NCBI GenBank assembly: GCA_965140445.1 | Contig: OZ223236.1 | Span: 3,936,001-4,000,000 of the forward strand | DNA: 64,000 bases | Direction: 5' to 3' | DNA from: Candidatus Ozemobacteraceae bacterium | Lineage (GTDB): Bacteria; Muiribacteriota; Ozemobacteria; Ozemobacterales; Ozemobacteraceae | Shown here: one piece after another, positions 38,237 through 47,198 of the stretch | Layout of the letters: every line of letters starts with the position of its first letter | Position numbering within the stretch: the first letter of the stretch is position 1 | Program-made: the position numbers and the translations under genes | The notes under the pieces: generated by a model | Told to the model about the DNA's origin: nothing | Database searches by the model: none | The model's input: the letters and a program-made list of their open reading frames with translations, nothing else

Positions 38237-41099
38237 AAGAGAAAACATGGCTTCTTTTGGTCGCATTCTGCTGCTATTCGTAGGAATTCTACTCCTTTTT
38301 CTTTATTTAACGGCCTCGCAAACCCTTACCAAGCTTTTAAATGAACAAAATCGCAGAGAAATATTGAAAATAGAGTCCAGCATGGATGAAGTTGTTTCAA
38401 AGACGACTTTGCGTCCTTTTCTATTCAATCAGATTCAACAAATTTTAAAAATCTATGGGGATTCTGATTCAAACTTTTCAAGTATTTCTAATTTCTTTAA
38501 AGAATCGCAAAGCATCAAAAAGACCCTCATTCAGGGATATTTTTATGAAAACTTTAAGTTGGTCAAACACCTGAATTCACCGGCAGAAGATGTAGATTTT
38601 TTTGCCGACATTATGGAAAAAATGCACCTTGAAGGAGATCAATTAAAAGAAGCCCAGCGTGAAATACATGAAAAAATAATGGTCAGATTTGGCCCGGGAA
38701 ACAGATTAGAACTAATCAAGGATACATATAATGATCTCAGGGTTTTTAAGAAACTGGAAAAAAACAATTTTTACTTTTGGTGTGACTTGCCCGATAAAAA
38801 ATCTATTTTTCTTGTCATTACGGAGTTTCCTGAATTTGAAGAGCGATTCCAGATATTTAGAAAAGATGGCCTTTTTAAGAATTGTGGAGTCGGTATTTCT
38901 GGAAAGAATAGCTGTATCCCTCCAGAAAATACTATGCCTGACCAGCTTCTTGCAGCCAGGTTAAAAACAGGACTGGAAAGCAGTAACCATACATTTGCAT
39001 TTGGAAAAATTTGGTTCTTTTTAGAAGACGAATCAGGAGCTTTCTGGTGCAAGGCAATCCAGGACAAAAACAAAGATTCTGAAACAATAGTTCTAACCAG
39101 AATCCTATCTATCGTTTCAATAGTTCTCTGTATAACCTCGATAGCGCTGTATTTGCTCGCATTTCTAGGAATTTTCCCGGGGAAAAATTTCTGTGAGTTT
39201 ATGGATTCAATATCTATTAAATACAGAATTGCCGGCTTATTCTCCATGGCTTCTTTCTTCCCTGTATTATTCACTCTTTTAATTGGCGCAACAACAATTG
39301 GAGATAGAATAGAAATAATTGAAAATCAGGTGACAAGCGCAAGCATTTCCAACCTTAACCGGCTTGAGAAAATGGTTTCAAAAAAACTGGAAGCCAGTGA
39401 AAAAATGTGTAGGGAAATTAGAGAAACAATAAAAACTGTTCCTGCAACAGAGAAATTGTTTAGCGCATTCTTAAAGAAGTATAACCTTCCAAGACAAATG
39501 TCTCGCCTGGAAGTCAGAGATGGTGGCGGTGAAATTCTATTTACAACAGATGATAAAGAAATCCATGGGGTTACTCAAGCTATGGATGTTTTCAGCAGAA
39601 TAGCTTTAAAGCAGCATTCTCCTTCTCGCATGGGACTAAAGGCCAATATGGTAACTCCAGCCGAAATTGTAAGTGAATCCATTCTCTCCACAGACGAAAT
39701 AGGAATGGCTACCATCATGAGACAAAGTGGAAAGCAATGGCTTTTCAGAATGGGCACCTTCCCCACGGTCTGGTATTGGGATGTGTATCCGGAGATTTCT
39801 TCAGGACCGGCTTTTATAGCGGTTACAGCTCAAGTGATTGCCATATACTCAAAACAGATCAAAGAAGAGCTAACCAGGGTTGCGAAAGATAAAAACAACA
39901 TTCTTCTTTCAACGCCAATGAACAGCTATTATGCAAGTTTTAAACTGTTCCCCCAGATTGAAAATATGGACAATGAGAAACTTATCTCAGCAGCAATAAC
40001 AAGTTATAGAACTGGCAAGGTTGTAAAGCGCAACGCTGTGTTTGAAGGTAAAGAATACTGGCTTACGGTAAAACCAGAAAAAAACATTTCCAGTCATGTA
40101 TTTTTAAATCTAGTATCAAAAGCGGATAGACTCAAAGTTCTAACCCAACTAAAGTTCAGGCTGGCTTTTGGTGGAATTATTGCTCTCCTGGTTTCTCTGC
40201 TTGGTGCAAATCTAATCACCAGACTAATAATTTCCCCTGTTAATGATTTAGCTATGGGAATTGAAGCCATTAGAGAGAGAAATCACGATTTCAGAATCCC
40301 AGTAAGACGAGATGATGAATTCGGAACTTTATCAAATGCATTTAATACAGTCATTGAAGACTTGAAAGAACTGGAATATGGTAGAGTTGTTCAGACAAGT
40401 CTTCTGCCATCAAAAATCATTGCTCCCGAAGGCTATGAATTAGCATGTTTCAGAGCTTCTGCAACAGATCTGGCCGGTGATTATCACGATATTTTGCCGT
40501 TAAACGATGGACGAACCGGGATCATACTGGGAGATGTAACAGGACACGGTATCTCGGCTGCACTGGCCATGGCGATGGCTAAAGCGACGGTAGACTATAT
40601 GAAACTTGAAGGCACCCTCTTTCCGGGCCCCCTGATGGATCAGTTAAACGCGTTATTTAATCGAGAATTAAAGCCAAGACACAAGTTTATGACTTTAGTG
40701 ACACTTGTTTTAGAACCTGAATCAGGAAAACTTGAAGTGGATAATGCCGGGCAATCTTATCCCTATTATTATAACTACGCATCCAAGACCGCAGAAGAAG
40801 TAAAAATCCCATCAATGCCTCTTGGAGCAACCAAAAAGCGAAGGTCAAAACCAGAAGTAAAAATGATGCAGCCCGGAGATGCTGTTATCCTGTACTCAGA
40901 TGGAATCATTGAGTGCTCAGATGAAACAGAAGAAATGTTTGGTTATGACAGATTCTATGAAACCTACGTAGAGTTGTTAGATAAAGGTCTTTCAGCTGAA
41001 AAGGTCCTGGAACAAATGATAGATGCCCTGGAAACTTTTAGAAAACCTGGGCCCTATCCGGATGATGTTACATTAGTAATTTTAAGAAGACTCAAATAG
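38223..41099 (+). CDS. Membrane HAMP + SpoIIE/RsbU-type PP2C phosphatase (paralogous architecture)
   Basis: Same topology; HAMP (PVNDL...DEFGTL..AFN); AGDYHD, GDVTGHG, SDG, PDDVT. The start is either GTG 38223 or the ATG 24 nt later. Confidence 0.88.
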   Translation: MSSNKRENMASFGRILLLFVGILLLFLYLTASQTLTKLLNEQNRREILKIESSMDEVVSKTTLRPFLFNQIQQILKIYGDSDSNFSSISNFFKESQSIKKTLIQGYFYENFKLVKHLNSPAEDVDFFADIMEKMHLEGDQLKEAQREIHEKIMVRFGPGNRLELIKDTYNDLRVFKKLEKNNFYFWCDLPDKKSIFLVITEFPEFEERFQIFRKDGLFKNCGVGISGKNSCIPPENTMPDQLLAARLKTGLESSNHTFAFGKIWFFLEDESGAFWCKAIQDKNKDSETIVLTRILSIVSIVLCITSIALYLLAFLGIFPGKNFCEFMDSISIKYRIAGLFSMASFFPVLFTLLIGATTIGDRIEIIENQVTSASISNLNRLEKMVSKKLEASEKMCREIRETIKTVPATEKLFSAFLKKYNLPRQMSRLEVRDGGGEILFTTDDKEIHGVTQAMDVFSRIALKQHSPSRMGLKANMVTPAEIVSESILSTDEIGMATIMRQSGKQWLFRMGTFPTVWYWDVYPEISSGPAFIAVTAQVIAIYSKQIKEELTRVAKDKNNILLSTPMNSYYASFKLFPQIENMDNEKLISAAITSYRTGKVVKRNAVFEGKEYWLTVKPEKNISSHVFLNLVSKADRLKVLTQLKFRLAFGGIIALLVSLLGANLITRLIISPVNDLAMGIEAIRERNHDFRIPVRRDDEFGTLSNAFNTVIEDLKELEYGRVVQTSLLPSKIIAPEGYELACFRASATDLAGDYHDILPLNDGRTGIILGDVTGHGISAALAMAMAKATVDYMKLEGTLFPGPLMDQLNALFNRELKPRHKFMTLVTLVLEPESGKLEVDNAGQSYPYYYNYASKTAEEVKIPSMPLGATKKRRSKPEVKMMQPGDAVILYSDGIIECSDETEEMFGYDRFYETYVELLDKGLSAEKVLEQMIDALETFRKPGPYPDDVTLVILRRLK

Positions 41100-41305
41100 T
41101 TTTGTAGCTTATAAGAAGCGCTAACAAGAATCATAAGTCACCAGAGCATTTCTCTTAACCTTCTTAGGATTAAAGCTTACTGGATGGATTTCAAATTGCC
41201 CATTATTTCCCAATTCACAAAACCTGACAGCCCTCAAATGAAAATATAGCCAACAATATTGCCAGCTATTAAAACGCTTTATGAAGCAAAAAAATCTGTA
41301 AAAAC

Positions 41306-41338
41306 AAAACTCCCCCACCTATAAGGCGGGGGAGTTTT
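41306..41338 (-). terminator. Terminator (probably bidirectional) between convergent genes
   Basis: Stem AAAACTCCCCC / GGGGGAGTTTT with A/T runs on both sides. Confidence 0.8.
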
Positions 41339-41362
41339 TATATTTTAAGTGACGCTTAGAGA

Positions 41363-43303
41363 TTATTTATTTTGAGCTCTTAAATCATCATATTCTTTCT
41401 TGGCCTGATTCATAACACCGGCAACCGCCAAAGCATCTTCCTGTCTGCCCTGATTGAGCATTTCATTATAGAGCTTATAAAGTTCCTGGTATTTTGAATA
41501 AGCAAGCTGAACTTCAGATTCATAACCGCCTATAACCTCAGAGTCTCCTCCGATAATAAGCACATCTTCATCTGAAACGCCTGCTGAAGCAGCACCATTT
41601 GTGTCAGCAACATCGCCGATAGTAACTTCGCCACCAGTGTAGCCACCGAGCGGGTTTGAAGATGTTCCTGGCATTGCGATATCAGGAAGATTCGCAGCTC
41701 CATTTGCATCTTTTCCGAAGAAGCCCGCAACTTTCTGAGCTGCCCAGTTTCCAACATAACCACCCACGATACCACCAACGATGGTTCCAAATGGAGGGAA
41801 GATAGCCGAACCGAGTGTAGCACCCAAAGTTGAACCAATTGTCTGACCGGCTACGCCAACCCAGTCAATTTTCTTGAAAGCTTCACGAATTGAAAATTTA
41901 CCATTTTTAAGATCGCCAGCTGTGTAAGCACCAACTGAAGAACCTACGATTGAACCGAAAGTTGGAGCAAGTGCGCTAAGAGCACCACCAACAACTGGTA
42001 TTGCAGAGAGGAAAGGAACAAAGAATGAACCAGCTGCGGCACCAACTACAGCTCCGCTTACTCCGCCTACAAATTCAGCGCTACATACAGTTTTCAGAGC
42101 TTTTTTAGCGCTAGGTTTTTCGCCGCGCATAATCTGAGTTGCAAGATCAACACCTACTGTAATACCAGCAGTAATCAAAAGATTCTTTGCACTGAAACCT
42201 GATTTCAAACTTGTTTTTACATTATCAAAGCCCTGGTTAACCATGCCTTTTCCAGCATAATATCCAGATTGGAATTTTCCAGAAACCTGATCTTTGAAGC
42301 CTGGTTTTCCATTAGTCTGAGCAACATCATCAGCAACCTGACCAGCTGTTCCAGACTGAGCAATATCGTCAGCAACCTGACCGGCTGTTCCAGACTGTGC
42401 AATATCATCAGCCACAGAACCAGGATCCATTAATCCGCGTTTAATAGCTTCTTCATGAGAAATAAATCGACCAGTCTGAGGATCTCTTGGATGTCTTGAA
42501 GGATCCCAGGCTCTCTTAGTGGTTGTAGTTGTTGTTGAATTTGTGCTTGTAGTGGTGGTTGTGGTTCCTGCCTGAGCAACATCATCAGCTATAGAACCTG
42601 CAGTTCCAGCTTGAGCGATATCGTCAGCTACCTGACCTGCAGTTCCAGCCTGAGCGATATCATCAGCTACCTGACCAGCAGTTCCAGCCTGAGCGATATC
42701 ATCAGCTACCTGACCAGCAGTTCCAGCCTGAGCGATGTCATCAGCTACCTGACCAGCAGTTCCAGCCTGAGCAACATCATCTGCAACAGCACCAGTTGAT
42801 TGCATGAAATCGTCAGCAGTTGTTCCGCCACCGTTCATTGCAAAATCATCAGCTACTGAACCAGCATTGTTTCCACCCAATGGGTTTCCACTAGCTGCTA
42901 CATCATCAGCTACTGAGCCAGCTGTATTTGAACTGGAAGTAGAATTGGTAGAATTGGTGCTAGTAGTGTTAGTAGAATTTGAAGAACTAGTAGAACCTGT
43001 ATTGCTGCTGGCAGCAACATCATCAGCTACTGAACCTGCAACACCTGCATCACCAAAAACAAGTTTGGTATACTGGCTCATTTCAAGAGCAACTGGTCTA
43101 CCATTTACAAATCTAACATTGTAATGTGTAACTTGTGTGCCAGATCTAACTGACACCCACTGACCTGGTGTAACACGAAAGGTTTGCCCGCCAACATTGA
43201 CCGGTATAGTTTCTACCGCCATTAACGGGGCCTGAAGCACTACACTGGCCAGAAGAATGAGGCACATAACTCTACTGAGAACTCTAAGCGTCGATTTTCT
43301 CAT
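41363..43303 (-). CDS. Secreted ADD-repeat protein with glycine-zipper hydrophobic domain
   Basis: ATG at 43303 after an AGGAG RBS; signal peptide; 13 ADD motifs; Thr/Ser tracts; multiple GxxxG helices; helical C-terminus. Confidence 0.8.
   Translation of the reverse strand: MRKSTLRVLSRVMCLILLASVVLQAPLMAVETIPVNVGGQTFRVTPGQWVSVRSGTQVTHYNVRFVNGRPVALEMSQYTKLVFGDAGVAGSVADDVAASSNTGSTSSSNSTNTTSTNSTNSTSSSNTAGSVADDVAASGNPLGGNNAGSVADDFAMNGGGTTADDFMQSTGAVADDVAQAGTAGQVADDIAQAGTAGQVADDIAQAGTAGQVADDIAQAGTAGQVADDIAQAGTAGSIADDVAQAGTTTTTTSTNSTTTTTTKRAWDPSRHPRDPQTGRFISHEEAIKRGLMDPGSVADDIAQSGTAGQVADDIAQSGTAGQVADDVAQTNGKPGFKDQVSGKFQSGYYAGKGMVNQGFDNVKTSLKSGFSAKNLLITAGITVGVDLATQIMRGEKPSAKKALKTVCSAEFVGGVSGAVVGAAAGSFFVPFLSAIPVVGGALSALAPTFGSIVGSSVGAYTAGDLKNGKFSIREAFKKIDWVGVAGQTIGSTLGATLGSAIFPPFGTIVGGIVGGYVGNWAAQKVAGFFGKDANGAANLPDIAMPGTSSNPLGGYTGGEVTIGDVADTNGAASAGVSDEDVLIIGGDSEVIGGYESEVQLAYSKYQELYKLYNEMLNQGRQEDALAVAGVMNQAKKEYDDLRAQNK
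42316..42422. repeat. Coding 39-bp tandem repeat, about 2.7 units
   Basis: Encodes VADDIAQSGTAGQ units on the minus strand. Confidence 0.85.
42564..42787. repeat. Coding 39-bp tandem repeat, about 5.7 units
   Basis: Units begin at 42564, 42603, 42642, 42681, 42720 and 42759 (consensus GTTCCAGCCTGAGCGATATCATCAGCTACCTGACCAGCA); encodes VADDIAQAGTAGQ. Confidence 0.92.
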
Positions 43304-43332
43304 AAACTCACTCCTTCTGGGTTTCCCCAAAT

Positions 43333-43362
43333 ATCATAAAATTCGCCGGGTGTACCGTTGAA
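43333..43362 (-). promoter_or_regulatory. Putative promoter of the ADD-repeat gene
   Basis: TTCAACGGTACACCCGGCGAATTT-TATGAT on the minus strand; good -10, weak -35. Confidence 0.45.
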
Positions 43363-43476
43363 CTTTCCCTTAATTTTAATGAAAGTTTCAATATACGCAA
43401 GGGCTGAATATATTTTTTTTACAATTTCAAGCTTTTTTGCCCATATTTTTCGCTTATTTTCTAAAAAAAAAATTAA

Positions 43477-44427
43477 TTAAATATATCCGATTCGTTTTTT
43501 TTCATTTAAGCGACTAAATCTATTAGCAATTAAAGCACATACTTTGGCATTATTTTTTACTAAGGCAATATTTGTTTCCAAACTTTTGCCTTCAGTTATT
43601 TCATTTAGCTTTCCTAATAAGAAAGGGGTAACTTTGCTCCCACTAATACCAAGGCTTGAAGCTTCAGTTAAAGCATTAGAAATGCATTTTTCAATTTTTT
43701 CCTTATCAAATTCAAATTCTTCTGGAACAGGATTTCCAATAAGCATTCCTCCTGGATAGCCTAAAAGAATATTCATATCAAAAATCTCAGCCGCCTCTTC
43801 TGGAGTATCTACTCTCCTGACAACAGGCAGTCCACTGTCTCTATAATAAAAAGCTGGGTAAACGTCTGTCTGATAGCCAACTACAGGGACACCTGCTGTT
43901 TCTAAATACTCCATAGTACGTGGAATATCCAAAATAGATTTTGCTCCTGCAGAAACAACTAAAACCTGAGTTCTGGAAAATTCATCTAAATCAGCAGAGA
44001 TATCCATTGTCTCTTCTACCCCTCTGTGAACTCCACCAATTCCGCCCGTAGCGAAAAATTTTATACCGGCAATTGCAGCACAAATCATAGTTGCAGCAAC
44101 CGTGGTGGCGGCATTTTCCTTTAGAGCCAAGTTTATAGGCAAATCTCTCCTGGATGCTTTTTTTACATCTTTTGATTTTCCTAAAAATTCAATTTCCTCT
44201 TTGCTTAGGCCTACTCTGATAACTCCTTCAATTATTGCAATTGTGGCCGGGATTGCACCATTCTCCCTGACAGTTTCTTCAAGCATTAATGCTGTTTCAA
44301 CATTCGCAGGATAAGGCATGCCATGGGAAATAATTGTAGACTCAAGAGCGACAACTGCTCCGCCATTATCAATTGCCTCCTGAACTTCTTCTTTAACAAC
44401 AACAAAATCAAAAATATCTTTAATCAA
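43477..44427 (-). CDS. psuG: Pseudouridine-5'-phosphate glycosidase
   Basis: VALESTIISHGMPYP, ATTVAATM, FATGGIGGVHRG, DISADL, GAKSILD, VTPFLL. Confidence 0.95.
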   Translation of the reverse strand: MIKDIFDFVVVKEEVQEAIDNGGAVVALESTIISHGMPYPANVETALMLEETVRENGAIPATIAIIEGVIRVGLSKEEIEFLGKSKDVKKASRRDLPINLALKENAATTVAATMICAAIAGIKFFATGGIGGVHRGVEETMDISADLDEFSRTQVLVVSAGAKSILDIPRTMEYLETAGVPVVGYQTDVYPAFYYRDSGLPVVRRVDTPEEAAEIFDMNILLGYPGGMLIGNPVPEEFEFDKEKIEKCISNALTEASSLGISGSKVTPFLLGKLNEITEGKSLETNIALVKNNAKVCALIANRFSRLNEKKRIGYI

Positions 44428-44906
44428 AGTTTTTCTCCGCTATTAACATTTTTATGATAGACGCAAAAAAAATTAATGCATTGGTTACTCTTGCAACAAA
44501 TTCCATTTTCAATTTTAACGGCCCATCGAGGGATCTCTATTTCCTGAAAATTATTTAAAAATTCTAGAAGCTCTTTAGATTGATTAGAATCTTCCTCTAA
44601 AATATCAGTTTGAAACTTGGAGGAATTACACCAGTACACATAGGTCAAATCTTGCAGATCATTTTTTTCAACAGAACTATCCTGCTTGTGGCCACATTCC
44701 TCACAGATTAAAAAGAGCTTCTCATCTCTTGGCAACAAAAGTCTCCCGTTAGATTGACAGACCGGGCAAGCCCCGCAAAAAACCCAATATTTAGTATTTT
44801 TGGGTTCTTCCGGTAATGGGTCATCTACTTCTCCTATACCCACGAAAATGGTTTTTCCTTTATTATCCAAAAGACATTTCTCCTTTGCAGGATAAAATTT
44901 TAGCAC
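44424..44906 (-). CDS. Hypothetical zinc-ribbon protein
   Basis: CPVC...CEEC pair plus C-terminal CC..C...C..H; its stop overlaps the psuG start (ATGA). The start codon is uncertain. Confidence 0.6.
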   Translation of the reverse strand: MLKFYPAKEKCLLDNKGKTIFVGIGEVDDPLPEEPKNTKYWVFCGACPVCQSNGRLLLPRDEKLFLICEECGHKQDSSVEKNDLQDLTYVYWCNSSKFQTDILEEDSNQSKELLEFLNNFQEIEIPRWAVKIENGICCKSNQCINFFCVYHKNVNSGEKL

Positions 44907-45582
44907 TTGAATAGCTTTATTGGCAACAAATCAGATGCTTCAATTAATAGTGGTTAAATTCCTGGTTTACTGCACCCTTTCTTGCTTATCATTTTTCTGA
45001 TATTTTCTGCAGGCTAATTTTTCTCTAAAACAAACTCCTACATTCTTAAGAAAATATGGATACAAATTTTCGCTCATCGCCCCAAATCTTTTTTTGTCTC
45101 AAATAGACTTTAAAGAAAATTTAAATTAAATCTGGTCTAAATTTTTGTAAAATTTAATTTCCAGCTTAGTAGAAAAAACAGTAAAAAGAAAATAGTCTAC
45201 AGATTTGCTTATTTTTCAGTTTAAGAAATTTTTAAAATTTCTTTTTCTTCCTTACCAAATTTCAACCTGGAATTTTATAAGGGATTGGCGAAAAAAATAA
45301 TGGTATGCAGGAAAACATAAGATTCGTGTCAAAAAGCAAACTCAATGCTTTAAACTTTTTTTTATTTACTTTCACAATCATTCCTGCTGCCAAATTCTTA
45401 TACCCCTTGCTTTTTCGATAAATTATTTTTTATTTTACAGAAAATATAAATTTATTGCCCTGCAGAGGTTTTTCATGGTAAATAAATATTTATTTTTTTC
45501 TAAAAACATAAACAACCTACTTAAAGGCCTGGCTACAAAAGTTCCATAGACTCAGAAATTATAGCTGCAAAATGTGAAAAGG

Positions 45583-45618
45583 AAAAGCCCTCGCTCAATT
45601 CAATTTGAGCGAGGGCTT
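45583..45618 (-). terminator. Rho-independent terminator after the Lys/Ala/Pro-rich gene
   Basis: 14-bp stem AAGCCCTCGCTCAA / TTGAGCGAGGGCTT with TTTT on the minus strand. Confidence 0.75.
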
Positions 45619-45690
45619 AAAAGCTTTATTTACGAGGTTAAAGAGGGCTTCTTAAGCAATCTTTGCTAATAAAGCCTGGGGTCCAGTGTA

Positions 45691-47010
45691 TCAATTTACA
45701 TTTCTTAACCAGGCGCCTGATCTGATCAGCTCTTGGATTCTCATGCTAAATCCGCTTCCCGAGCCTTTATAGGAGCTAGCATTGTCCAGTGTATTAGGAT
45801 TGTTAAAGCTACTAACAGTTACAGTATCAGGAGTTTCAATCTTAACTCCTTCAACAGCAATCGTTTCGTTTTTGTTATCTTCAACGACTGGAGAAACCAC
45901 TTCAACAGCTGGTGTATTCTCTTTTACAGCAGATTTAGAGGTGTTTCTAAGCATCTTTACCATATCGTTGAGTCTTACAAGGCAAGGAGCCATTTTTCTT
46001 TTGTTGCCCTGACTAGGTAATACAAGAGATCTCTTAGAAGCCTGTGCTTCTCTTCTGGCTTTGTTCTTACGAAGTTTTGCAAGCGCTCTCTGAAAAGGCT
46101 TAGCAACAACTTTTTTAACAGCAACAACTTGCTCTTTTTCAGTAGCTGCTTCCTGAGCCATAACTTTGTTAACGATTGAATCTTCTTTTATTTCAATTTT
46201 AACGGCCTTTAGAGACAACTTACGTGGCTTTGAGACTACCGGGTCGCATTTAATAGATTTAATCTCTACACGGCCCTCATTCATCTCAACCTTTAATGGC
46301 TTACTGAACCAGTTCCACTCAGGTGGTATCTGGGAAATATCTTCCTTAACAGCTCTTCTTCTCTTAGCTGGTTTAGCTTTTGGAGCTACCATAGCTTTTT
46401 TAGGTTCAGAATTAACTTTTTTTGTTACTTTTGGAGCTGGTTTGGAAACCACCTTAATAGAGACTTGAGGGGAACTTTTAGGAGTAGCTTTTGGAGCAGG
46501 CTTTGAAACTACTTTTGGAGCAGGTTTAGGCTCAGCTTTTTTAGCCTCAACAACTGCTGCTTTTGCCACAACCTCTGGCTTTTCGATCTTCTTTTCTTCT
46601 TTAGCTACAACAGAGGTTTCAGCTTTTTTTACCAGTTCTTCTTTAACTACAGGGGCAACCTTAACCTCTTGAGTTTTTGCAACAGCTTTCTTAACTTCAA
46701 CAACCTTTGCAGGCTCTTTACTAAGTTTTTCGATTCTCGCAGGGGCTGCTTGTTTTTTCTCAAGTTTAACCACAGCTTTTCTCACGTCTTTTTTAGCCGC
46801 AACTGCCTGGGCCATTTCCATAGGTGGCGGAACCACTTTTGGCATGTTTAAAGACGGAGGCATAACCGGGGTTTCCAGCGCAGCGGCCGCACCTCTCAGT
46901 GAGTTTTCGTCAGACCAAAGCTGTACAGCTAAAAAACTGGCTGACAATATAAACAGGACTCCCAAAGAAAGTAAAAATGGGAGCCCTGGTTGTCGTTTAA
47001 GCAATTTCAT
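45691..47010 (-). CDS. Membrane-anchored Lys/Ala/Pro/Val-rich low-complexity protein
   Basis: Single N-terminal TM helix; KPAPK repeats; short ordered islands (IPPEWNWFSKPL, FSMRIQELIRSGAWL). Confidence 0.75.
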   Translation of the reverse strand: MKLLKRQPGLPFLLSLGVLFILSASFLAVQLWSDENSLRGAAAALETPVMPPSLNMPKVVPPPMEMAQAVAAKKDVRKAVVKLEKKQAAPARIEKLSKEPAKVVEVKKAVAKTQEVKVAPVVKEELVKKAETSVVAKEEKKIEKPEVVAKAAVVEAKKAEPKPAPKVVSKPAPKATPKSSPQVSIKVVSKPAPKVTKKVNSEPKKAMVAPKAKPAKRRRAVKEDISQIPPEWNWFSKPLKVEMNEGRVEIKSIKCDPVVSKPRKLSLKAVKIEIKEDSIVNKVMAQEAATEKEQVVAVKKVVAKPFQRALAKLRKNKARREAQASKRSLVLPSQGNKRKMAPCLVRLNDMVKMLRNTSKSAVKENTPAVEVVSPVVEDNKNETIAVEGVKIETPDTVTVSSFNNPNTLDNASSYKGSGSGFSMRIQELIRSGAWLRNVN

Positions 47011-47070
47011 TATTGATTAAGCCCTCCCAGGGATTTCCGGGTAAGTTAAGATACTTATTATAGAACAATA

Positions 47071-47098
47071 ATTCTATGTACAACCGGGTGTTTGTCAA
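47071..47098 (-). promoter_or_regulatory. Putative sigma70-type promoter
   Basis: TTGACA-16 nt-TAGAAT on the minus strand. Confidence 0.55.
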
Positions 47099-47198
47099 GA
47101 ATTTTCAGACTGTTTTCGAAGCGTTTAAGCTCAAAAACTAGAAAATTTCAGAAACAAACCATTCACTGGGAAAGCAAAGCAGAGGGCACAAATGTGCC

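Noticed and set aside
41121..41318. 65-aa ORF as an immunity gene for the glycine-zipper protein
   Set aside because: Its start codon lies inside the terminator hairpin, it has no RBS, and the sequence shows no recognisable features; probably spurious.
42316..42787. 39-bp repeats as a CRISPR array
   Set aside because: The units are contiguous with no unique spacers, stay in frame within a CDS, vary mostly at synonymous positions, and no cas genes are present.
44907..45582. AT-rich gap as replication origin
   Set aside because: I found no TTATNCACA-type DnaA boxes and no dnaA/dnaN/gidA context.
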